Positions 29,290 to 37,492 of a DNA stretch of 64,000 nt are shown piece after piece. Under the pieces are notes generated by a model. That model saw only the letters and a list, made by a program, of their open reading frames with translations, did no database searches and was not told the DNA's origin. Source of the stretch: Bacteroidota bacterium (GTDB lineage Bacteria; Bacteroidota; Rhodothermia; Rhodothermales; Bin80); the NCBI GenBank assembly GCA_028873925.1, contig JAPPNA010000162.1:2345-66344 (forward strand), read 5' to 3'. Every line of letters begins with the position of its first letter. Position 1 is the stretch's first letter. Made by a program: the position numbers and the translations under genes.

Positions 29290-32200
29290 TTATTGATCCC
29301 TGATCCAGCGGTAGCGTGTCACTCTGGCATTCGGGCCGGGGTCCCAGAATCCGTCGAACTCGGCGACATACAGGCTGCCATCCGGTGCCAGCTCCATCGA
29401 AATCGGTGCGGTTCGCCTAAGCTGGTCGAACGTTCGGATGTCCGTCAGACGCAGCGCTGGCAGGGTAATCGCGGGCGGATCCATACGCACATCGGCATCC
29501 CGGTCGCTGACGAAGGTGCCCTCTGTCAGCCTGCCGTATTTGATCCACCGACGCGCCCAGTCATAGACAAAGACCGTGTTCTGGAGCTGCGGGAAAGCGT
29601 ACGGCCCCTCACTGCGATACACCGGACCAATTGTGGCTGACCGACCCCCATGCTCGTACGTGTAGTCCCAGAATGGAGGGACAAAGTCGGGTATCATTTC
29701 CGGTGTCCATTCATTGTAGAACAGCCGCCCGAGTGTTCGGGGCCAGCCGAAATTCTCACCACCCCGGGCCGCAACATTGTATTCGTCATAGTCAAAAGAA
29801 GCATCCGGGCCGACCACCCCGATGTAAAGGGCTCCGCTTTGATCGTCCACCTTGAAACGGTAGGGATTGCGCAGGCCGTACGCATAAATCTCCCAGCGTA
29901 CGCCCGGCGTGCCGAAAAAGGGATTGTCTTTCGGAATGGATCCGTCACGGTGAATACGGAGAATTTTGCCGCGCAGATCCTGGAGATTCTGGGCCGACCG
30001 TTCCGAATCCACCAGACGTGACCAGTGGTAGTCCTTCAACCTGTGGGTCTGCATGAAGGTGTCCAGCTGCTCCTGAGACAGCTTCCATCCGGGGCGGACC
30101 TCGGACATGCCGGTATCTCCGGTGGACAGAAACAGGGTGGAATCCAAGCCCCATTCCAGATCGCCGCCCTGGTGGCAGCACTGAGGCTCGGTCGGTACCC
30201 GCAGCAGCACATGCTCGCTGCCCAAATCAAGCGCGCCATCACGATACGTGAAACGGGACAGCGTATTGATGAAGGTGTGCGGCTCCGCGTAGTACAGATA
30301 GATGTACGGTGCTCCCGCGTAAAACTCAGGATCCACCTCAATGCCGTACAGCCCGTGCTCCACATTGGTGGGGTCCGTAACGGGAAGTGCCGCAATCTGC
30401 GTGACCGCGCCGGATTCGGCATCGTAATGATGAACTTTGCCGCGCAACTCCGCAATCCATACATTGCCCCGATCATCTACGGCAATGTCGTCCGGCCAAA
30501 CATCGTCGGCGATTACCTCCTTTTCGCGATATCCGCCGAAACTCGCCTCGATCCGACCGGCCGCCATGCGCAGCCCCTGCACCACATGCTCAACAAAGGC
30601 GGGAGTCTTCCAGACTTCTGCAAAATGACCGAGCTTGGTTACAAATACGCGGCCACCGTTATGCCAGCGAATCCATGAAATCGGATAGTCATTGCGCTCA
30701 TTGCCGGTGGTGGCCTCCTGCAGCTCCACAGATTTCGTGTCCAGGGACATGAGGACCCGCGCGTTCCAGCGCGGATTCTCATCCAGCACATAGATCTCGT
30801 CGTGAATGCGGAAGTCATCCCCAAAGTGCCGCGTGGCCGGGCTGTCCTTATCTTCAATCAGGATGCGCACTTCCTGCGTCCACGGATGGCTGACAAACAG
30901 TCCACCGCCTACCGCCTCCCGATATTCATCCCAGTTATAGAAGGCATCCAGCCCTGCATGGGCGACCGCCAGTCCCTTGCCATCCTCAAGAAAGTCCCGA
31001 ACGGCCTGCATCTGCTCTTCACTGATGACGGGGCCTTCATGTCGGTTGATCGTGGCGGATTCCTCGCGAGCCTCAAACGACATCGTGACCCCGCTGCCGG
31101 TGATCGTGCCCGACCAAGTCGCAGCATCCATCGTACCCGCCGCATGAAAAACACCGTACGTACCGGTATCAAACATGAAGGTCACCTCGGTACTGTCGTA
31201 CACCAGATCGGTAACCGACACGGTTCCCTCAGGAAACGCAATCATACTCGCTTCCCCATCCAGCCTGAGCCGTGCCTGAACAATGCCCTGAGGTCCGTCC
31301 AGCTCCAGTGCATAGGTCCTGGCAGGTGGAGCACTTGGTCCGCCTGCAACAGGTACCTCATTGCCTGCCAGCCGGAGCATTCCGGACAGAGAATCACCGG
31401 CAATCCCCAATTCGGCGCGGGCCATCCCCATACCGCCGGTATCCCAGACCAGAATCAGTGAGTCCGCGGAATGCTGTATCCGTTCAAAGACGGCCGGTGT
31501 GGGAAACACACTGAACCGAATGGACCCGATAAGTGAATCGGTCTCTTCACTGAGTGCAATGGTACCGGTAATGGCATTATCTGGGATAAGCAGCGCTAGG
31601 TCGTAATTGGCGAACGTCCCCCAGGGTTCCTCTGCCACTTCCGGCTCGGGTACTCCTTCCGGTCGAGGTGCCCGCAGTGTTGAATTCGCCAGAAAGAGCA
31701 CATCGTAATCGGCCAGCACATCAGCGCGCAGCCGGGATAAGTCCTCGGTAGTATCCACGCGCAGTTCAGTCGTTTCGCTGAGCGCCAGCATGACTTCCTT
31801 CTGAGCCTCAATGGCGGGCCCGTGGCGGAAGCCGTGCGTTGTGGTTACCATCAGCACATTGACCGGATCTCTGAGGCCATCGGTGGCCAGCTGTTGTGCA
31901 ATCAACTCCGCGTCAGTGGGTGCACGCGTGTGCGCAGGGGCCTCCAGGAGGCCGTGCCCAACACTCTGCTGCCCGATGCGGCCCGTCAGGGGCCGGTCGC
32001 CCGCAAACTCATTAACCTGAACCTCAACCTGATCAGCGGTGGCACCGCTATGCTGGACACTCAGCGGGTGGGGGCCCAAGGCGGACGGGGCGCATAGGCG
32101 CGCGGAAGGGTGTTTTGGATCGTGCGAAGATCGGATCGCATTGCTGCCATCACGGGTCACCCCAGGCTTTTCCCTTACGAAGTTACTGCGGGCGGCGGCC

Positions 32201-32397
32201 CAGCCTTCCGCACACACCGGCCTGCAGTCATCAGGATGCTTCGCTGTACTATTAAGTGGGGAGTGGCCCGCGAGCGAGCCAATGCTACGGATTGCGATAT
32301 GGCCGGACAAGGCCGTGCAAGCGTCTGCTGCAGGCTGGGCTTGAGAGGATCCGGCCAAAAGAGCCAACAGCCCCCAGGCGGCAAAACGTATGTTCAT
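29290..32397 (-). CDS. ThuA-like + PQQ-dependent sugar dehydrogenase (GSDH) fusion
   Basis: ThuA motifs (THGFRH, FVSHP, DEIY, PISW, FVTKLGH) then GSDH motifs (CCHQGG, STGD, LRGKILRI, YAYGLRNPYR, NFGWP). Confidence 0.88.
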   Translation of the reverse strand: MNIRFAAWGLLALLAGSSQAQPAADACTALSGHIAIRSIGSLAGHSPLNSTAKHPDDCRPVCAEGWAAARSNFVREKPGVTRDGSNAIRSSHDPKHPSARLCAPSALGPHPLSVQHSGATADQVEVQVNEFAGDRPLTGRIGQQSVGHGLLEAPAHTRAPTDAELIAQQLATDGLRDPVNVLMVTTTHGFRHGPAIEAQKEVMLALSETTELRVDTTEDLSRLRADVLADYDVLFLANSTLRAPRPEGVPEPEVAEEPWGTFANYDLALLIPDNAITGTIALSEETDSLIGSIRFSVFPTPAVFERIQHSADSLILVWDTGGMGMARAELGIAGDSLSGMLRLAGNEVPVAGGPSAPPARTYALELDGPQGIVQARLRLDGEASMIAFPEGTVSVTDLVYDSTEVTFMFDTGTYGVFHAAGTMDAATWSGTITGSGVTMSFEAREESATINRHEGPVISEEQMQAVRDFLEDGKGLAVAHAGLDAFYNWDEYREAVGGGLFVSHPWTQEVRILIEDKDSPATRHFGDDFRIHDEIYVLDENPRWNARVLMSLDTKSVELQEATTGNERNDYPISWIRWHNGGRVFVTKLGHFAEVWKTPAFVEHVVQGLRMAAGRIEASFGGYREKEVIADDVWPDDIAVDDRGNVWIAELRGKVHHYDAESGAVTQIAALPVTDPTNVEHGLYGIEVDPEFYAGAPYIYLYYAEPHTFINTLSRFTYRDGALDLGSEHVLLRVPTEPQCCHQGGDLEWGLDSTLFLSTGDTGMSEVRPGWKLSQEQLDTFMQTHRLKDYHWSRLVDSERSAQNLQDLRGKILRIHRDGSIPKDNPFFGTPGVRWEIYAYGLRNPYRFKVDDQSGALYIGVVGPDASFDYDEYNVAARGGENFGWPRTLGRLFYNEWTPEMIPDFVPPFWDYTYEHGGRSATIGPVYRSEGPYAFPQLQNTVFVYDWARRWIKYGRLTEGTFVSDRDADVRMDPPAITLPALRLTDIRTFDQLRRTAPISMELAPDGSLYVAEFDGFWDPGPNARVTRYRWIRDQ

Positions 32398-33182
32398 TCG
32401 ATCAGTCCACCATAGCGGGCGTGTTCAAGGGCCGTGTCCAGACCACCCTCCATCATGACCGGGGCCACCGTTCCATCGCCATCTTCATCCATGCCGGCGC
32501 GGCAGCGCTCAATCAGGGCGGTCATGGCCTGCGCGTGCGATTGTGCCAGACCCACATTCGCCCCGTAGTTGGTCTTGATCAGGTTGGTCGCCTGCGCGAA
32601 CACCTCATTGAGCCAGCCCGTGTCAGCGGTGGTGTTCCAAAATCGGCTGGGAGCATCCCATACATGCGTCAGGTCAATCCGCGGTTGGCGCTCGCCCTTG
32701 GTAACGCCATCATCAAGGCGCATCCAGCCGATCACATTGCTGAGCGACACAATCACATGCTCCATATGCGGTTCATCGGACCGCTCAAGCATCAGAGCCA
32801 CCGCAGCGCGCCCGCGTCCCATGATGCCAAGTAGGGCCGGATTATCAATGACGGGGGGCAGATTGCCATGCCTGGCGACGTGATTCTCGTCAAATTCCTC
32901 CCCGGTAGTCTGCCAGCGCGTCTTCCATCCATGCATCTGGGCCGCACCGCCGGACGCGCCTAACAGACCGGAGGACTGCCCCCACACCATCGCAAATACC
33001 GCGTCGGCATGCTGCTTAATCAATTCAACCGTATTGGCGGTTTCTGCGGCCTTACTCTCGCGATAGGCATCTGCGAGCAGCTGATCGATAGACAGGAGAT
33101 GCCCGCCAATGGCAGTTTCCTGCCCATGGGCGGCCTGGGGCACCCCCAGCATGAGAGCCAACAGCAGGGCAGACGTTCGCAT
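32394..33182 (-). CDS. Secreted hypothetical protein
   Basis: Signal peptide, helical character, DEDGDGTV loop. ATGA overlap with the downstream gene. Confidence 0.75.
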   Translation of the reverse strand: MRTSALLLALMLGVPQAAHGQETAIGGHLLSIDQLLADAYRESKAAETANTVELIKQHADAVFAMVWGQSSGLLGASGGAAQMHGWKTRWQTTGEEFDENHVARHGNLPPVIDNPALLGIMGRGRAAVALMLERSDEPHMEHVIVSLSNVIGWMRLDDGVTKGERQPRIDLTHVWDAPSRFWNTTADTGWLNEVFAQATNLIKTNYGANVGLAQSHAQAMTALIERCRAGMDEDGDGTVAPVMMEGGLDTALEHARYGGLIE

Positions 33183-33184
33183 AA

Positions 33185-33943
33185 TCAGGTCAAATACAAA
33201 TTATCGCACCGGGCCAGTTCTACCATGAATCCGGCAATTTGGTGCGTCAGAGCCTGCAGAAACCTGCGGCCCTTCTCCGGCGTAGCTGCACTCGGATCAC
33301 CGACTCCGGTATCACGGGTAACCTGGGACCACTGGCGCTCCGCCCAAGCCCATCCCTCCTGGAATCCCCGGATGCGAAACGGAACGGCGCGGCCATCGCC
33401 GGCCTTCTCCAGCGGCAGCACCAGTTCTGGGGAAATATGCATCATGCAGCTGGTTTCCAGCTCTCCGGCGTGATCGCCCGGCTCGTCAAAAAATTCCGTG
33501 CCGTCCAATACCCTGAACCAGTTGATTTCGCAGAGGAACAGGTCGGGGAAACGGGATCCCACCTCCCGGATCATCTGCCTGAAATTATTACCGCCATGTC
33601 CGTTCAGGATCACCAGCTTTGTCACACCCTGCCCCGAGAGACAGTGCGCTACATCCCGGAGCACGGCCATCTGGGTGCTGGGCATCATGTTGATATCCAG
33701 CGGAATGTCCAGCTGCCCGGTATTGACACCGAACGGAATCGTCGGCAGCACCATCACGCGCGCGCCATCCTCCCATGCAATACGGGCGGATTCTGCCGCA
33801 ATATGGTCGAGCTGCATATTGTCGGTAGCATAAGGCAGATGCAGGTTGTGGGCTTCCGTGGCCCCCCAGGGCAGTACGGCCAGTTCCACCTTCAGTGACC
33901 GTACCGCGGTCCAGTTGGTTTCCGCCAGGATGTACGGACGCAT
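33185..33943 (-). CDS. Creatininase family amidohydrolase
   Basis: LPWGATEAHNLHLPYATD, LNGHGGN, DHAGELETS, GVGDP. Confidence 0.93.
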   Translation of the reverse strand: MRPYILAETNWTAVRSLKVELAVLPWGATEAHNLHLPYATDNMQLDHIAAESARIAWEDGARVMVLPTIPFGVNTGQLDIPLDINMMPSTQMAVLRDVAHCLSGQGVTKLVILNGHGGNNFRQMIREVGSRFPDLFLCEINWFRVLDGTEFFDEPGDHAGELETSCMMHISPELVLPLEKAGDGRAVPFRIRGFQEGWAWAERQWSQVTRDTGVGDPSAATPEKGRRFLQALTHQIAGFMVELARCDNLYLT

Positions 33944-33949
33944 CGCGCC

Positions 33950-34417
33950 TCAGGGCGTAACAATCAGTTCCAGATCATATTCATGATCCACAATCCGAAT
34001 CGGGCCGGAATAGAACGGGATCATGAATCGGCCTTTTCGGTCCTGAGACAATTCGGTGGTCGTAAAGGTAAGCATGCCCCCGTCTACCGATCCGCGAAAG
34101 CTGTAGTCCATCATTACGCGACTGGCGGTGCGGACCCGCTCAATCTCGTAGTGGCGGACCTTTTCAAAGGAAGCCCCGACATGAAGGGATACGTTGGTGA
34201 CTTCAAACTCGCGGCGGATGGTAACGGTAGCCGGCGTGGTGCTCTGCTGCACCCCTTCCACAAAAATCCAGGCACGCTTGGGCAGCGGAGGACCAGGGGC
34301 TGCCGTAGTATCGGCGGGTGCCCGCGAAGTAATCCTGACCCCTAGGGGTGTGGTCACACAGCCCGCGATCAGAATCAGAACCAGTACGGGCGCAAAGCGG
34401 AACATTATGTGCGGCAT
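33950..34417 (-). CDS. Hypothetical lipoprotein
   Basis: Lipobox IAGC; co-oriented 6 bp upstream of the creatininase gene. Confidence 0.65.
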   Translation of the reverse strand: MPHIMFRFAPVLVLILIAGCVTTPLGVRITSRAPADTTAAPGPPLPKRAWIFVEGVQQSTTPATVTIRREFEVTNVSLHVGASFEKVRHYEIERVRTASRVMMDYSFRGSVDGGMLTFTTTELSQDRKGRFMIPFYSGPIRIVDHEYDLELIVTP

Positions 34418-34563
34418 TGATCAAAGTATACGGCATTACGCATGATTTGTGCACCGGTTCGGAGCCGGAAGGCACACCGGGATACGCGGCGGGCCGGGGG
34501 CAGATTTGTACCGCTGAAGCCGCTGCAAATCGTAAATTGCGGCTGAGATCATTATGGGAGTAC

Positions 34564-35931
34564 ATGTCCAGAACTTTGGTTTCTGCAGCCCTGATTGCCG
34601 CGTTGGGCGGGTTGCTGTTCGGCTTTGATACGGCGGTGATTTCGGGCGCGGAAGGTACATTGCGGGTGCTGTTTGCCGATACGTACGCTCAGTGGAGCCT
34701 GACCCTCGGCTCGCCGGCGTTCTGGCACGGGGTGCTGGTGGCGAGCGCACTTGCGGGCACGGTGGTCGGATCGCTGGTTTTTGCGAAGCCGGCCGACCGC
34801 TACGGTCGCCGTGTAACACTGATGCTGATGGGCCTATTGTATCTGGTATCCGCACTAGGTAGTGCGGCAGCTTGGGATGCCCTGTCGTTCACCCTTTTCA
34901 GGTTCATCGGCGGACTGGGGGTAGGAGGGTCTTCCGTGATTGCACCGATGTATGTGGCGGAAATTGCCCCTGCGCGCCTCCGGGGCCGGCTGGTGGCCAT
35001 GGTTCAGCTCAATATTGTACTCGGCATCCTGGTGGCGTATCTGTCCAACTATGTGATTGCCCAACTGGGATTTGCCGAAGCCGAGTGGCGTTGGATGGTG
35101 GGTATTGAGGCGGTGCCGGCGGCGGCCTTCACGCTGCTGCTCTTTACAAATCCCCGCAGTCCGCGCTGGCTGATTGCCTCGGGTCGGGACCGTGAGGCCG
35201 CCGGGGTACTGGAGCGCCTGGGAACGCGCAAAGCTGCAGTGGAACGCGAAGTCGCCGCAATTCGCGCGTCGCTGGCCGCTGCCGGGCAGCATCTGACCGA
35301 GCGCTTCTTCCAGAAGAAATACCTCAAGCCGATTCTGCTCGCCGTTGCCATCGCCGCCTTCAATCAGCTCTCCGGCATCAATGCGATCATCTACTATACA
35401 CGCCGCATCTTTGAAATGGCCGGATATGCCGGGACCTCCGCGCTGCTGCAGGCGGTGATCATCGGGGGCATCAATCTGGTGGCTACGGCGATTGCGCTGA
35501 GTGTGATTGATCATTTCGGGCGCAGGAAACTCATGATAGTCGGATCCATCGGCTACATCCTGAGCCTCAGTGCTACGGCATGGGCATTTTCGACCGAAAC
35601 AACAGGACCGGTCATACTGTTCTGCATGATCGTATTTATCGCGTCCCACGCCTTTGGTCAGGGAGCCGTTATCTGGGTGTTCATCGGGGAAATATTTCCG
35701 AACAGTGTCCGGGCACGGGGACAGAGTCTGGGCAGTTTCGTTCACTGGATCATGGCAGCGCTTATCTCGCTGACCTTCCCGATGATCGCTGAGGTATCTT
35801 CGTCCGGCATTTTCGTCTTCTACGCAGGCTGTATGGTCGTGCAACTGATATGGGTGCTCACCGTTATGCCTGAAACCAAGGGGGTCCCGCTGGAGGAAAT
35901 GGAACAGAAACTGGGTATTACCGATACCTGA
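34564..35931 (+). CDS. MFS sugar porter (XylE-like)
   Basis: ALGGLLFGFDTAVISG, DRYGRR, PMYVAEIAP, FNQLSGINAIIYY, PETKG. ATG 34564 chosen as start. Confidence 0.94.
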   Translation: MSRTLVSAALIAALGGLLFGFDTAVISGAEGTLRVLFADTYAQWSLTLGSPAFWHGVLVASALAGTVVGSLVFAKPADRYGRRVTLMLMGLLYLVSALGSAAAWDALSFTLFRFIGGLGVGGSSVIAPMYVAEIAPARLRGRLVAMVQLNIVLGILVAYLSNYVIAQLGFAEAEWRWMVGIEAVPAAAFTLLLFTNPRSPRWLIASGRDREAAGVLERLGTRKAAVEREVAAIRASLAAAGQHLTERFFQKKYLKPILLAVAIAAFNQLSGINAIIYYTRRIFEMAGYAGTSALLQAVIIGGINLVATAIALSVIDHFGRRKLMIVGSIGYILSLSATAWAFSTETTGPVILFCMIVFIASHAFGQGAVIWVFIGEIFPNSVRARGQSLGSFVHWIMAALISLTFPMIAEVSSSGIFVFYAGCMVVQLIWVLTVMPETKGVPLEEMEQKLGITDT

Positions 35932-35935
35932 TAGG

Positions 35936-37492
35936 ATGCTGACGCTGGTGGACTATATCGTCATTGTGGTATATCTGGTCGGCGTGGCCGCCCTGGGCAT
36001 TTACATGGGCGGGCGTCAGCGGTCCACCTCGGACTACTTCCTGGGCAGCCGCAATCTGCCTTGGTGGGCGGTCTGCTTCTCCGTGGTGGCTACCGAAACC
36101 AGCACCCTGACCATCATCAGCGTCCCGGCGATCGCCTACGGCGGCAGTATGACTTTTCTGCAGATAACCGGGGGTTATCTGCTGGGGCGCCTGGCGGTTA
36201 GCGTGTTCTTTCTGCCAGAGTACTTTAAGGGCAATCTGACGACCGCCTACGCCTTTTTGGGCCGGCGATTCGGCGATCGAATGCGCATGACTGCCTCGGT
36301 GACCTTCATGGTGACCCGCCTGCTGGCCGATGGTGTGCGTCTGTTTGCTACGGCGATCCCCCTCAAAGTGATAGCCGACAGCGCGGGACTCACCCTGTTC
36401 GGCGCGCCGGTTACCTATCTGCAGATCATCGTACTGCTCGGGATCGTCACCGTGATTTACACCATGATCGGCGGCATTCGGGCGGTCGTATGGATGGATG
36501 TCATCCAGATGATCCTCTATCTGGGGGGCGGGTTGCTGGCCATCGTGCTGCTGGTACAGATCATCCCCCAAGGCGGATGGAGCGAGGCGGCTGCGGCCGG
36601 TAAGTTCAGGATACTGGATTTCGGAATGGGCGGATCCTTTGCGGACTGGATCACCCAGCCCTATGTGTTTATCACGGCGCTGGTGGGCGGCGGAATTTTT
36701 TCGATGGCATCGCACGGGACCGATCAGCTGATCGTCCAGCGGCTGCTGACCTGCCGGAATGTACAGGACAGCCGGAAAGCACTGGTCGGCAGCGCCGTGG
36801 TCGTGGCCGCACAGTTCGCGCTGTTTCTGATGGTGGGGGCCCTACTGTGGGTCCATTACGCCGGACAGTCTCCGGATGCATTAGGGCTCAGTCGGGCGGA
36901 TGAGATATTTCCCAAATACATGATTGAGGGGCTCCCGGCCGGCCTCTCCGGCCTGCTGCTGGCCGGAATCCTCGCGGCCGCCATGAGCACCCTGTCGTCG
37001 TCGCTCAATTCACTGGCCTCGTCTACGATGATGGACCTGTATGAGCGGCTCATCAGGCGGCCCCTCGCCGACACGCGTGCGCTGCGGCTGTCCCGGTGGA
37101 TGACGCTGGCGTGGGGGGGCCTGTTTGTGGTGTTTGCGAGCCTGTTTGAGGACACGCAGAATCCGATCGTGGAGCTGGGCCTGGCGATCGCCTCCTTCAC
37201 GTACGGCGGGCTGCTCGGAGCCTTCCTGCTGGGACTGCTGGTTGCGCGCGCACGTGAGTCGGACGCAATCCTGGCATTTATCGTTACCATCGGCGCGATG
37301 GTAGGGATCATTTTCGGCCTTTGGCACCATCCGGAGCAGGGCTGGATCTTCACATTCATGCCCGGTGACGCGTACATTGCGGCCGAAGGACTGCGTCAGG
37401 TGGCGTGGCCCTGGTATACGGCGCTGGGAAGCGGACTGGCGGTGGGGATGGGGACGCTGCTGTCTGCCCGGTACAGACTAAGACAGGGATGA
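35936..37492 (+). CDS. Sodium:solute symporter
   Basis: DYFLGSRNLPWW, SVVATETS, GGIRAVVWMD, GTDQLIVQR, AAAMSTLSSSLNSLA. Confidence 0.93.
   Translation: MLTLVDYIVIVVYLVGVAALGIYMGGRQRSTSDYFLGSRNLPWWAVCFSVVATETSTLTIISVPAIAYGGSMTFLQITGGYLLGRLAVSVFFLPEYFKGNLTTAYAFLGRRFGDRMRMTASVTFMVTRLLADGVRLFATAIPLKVIADSAGLTLFGAPVTYLQIIVLLGIVTVIYTMIGGIRAVVWMDVIQMILYLGGGLLAIVLLVQIIPQGGWSEAAAAGKFRILDFGMGGSFADWITQPYVFITALVGGGIFSMASHGTDQLIVQRLLTCRNVQDSRKALVGSAVVVAAQFALFLMVGALLWVHYAGQSPDALGLSRADEIFPKYMIEGLPAGLSGLLLAGILAAAMSTLSSSLNSLASSTMMDLYERLIRRPLADTRALRLSRWMTLAWGGLFVVFASLFEDTQNPIVELGLAIASFTYGGLLGAFLLGLLVARARESDAILAFIVTIGAMVGIIFGLWHHPEQGWIFTFMPGDAYIAAEGLRQVAWPWYTALGSGLAVGMGTLLSARYRLRQG

Noticed and set aside
31921-32319. 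Group II intron or intein as the explanation for the in-frame insert
   Set aside because: No domain V-like sequence seen. The insert begins with Cys but has no His-Asn end or Cys/Ser/Thr +1 residue.
34348-34563. N-terminal extensions in the ORF track (also 37405, 46504, 46636, 60917)
   Set aside because: Family similarity and gene overlaps support the downstream starts used in the feature list.
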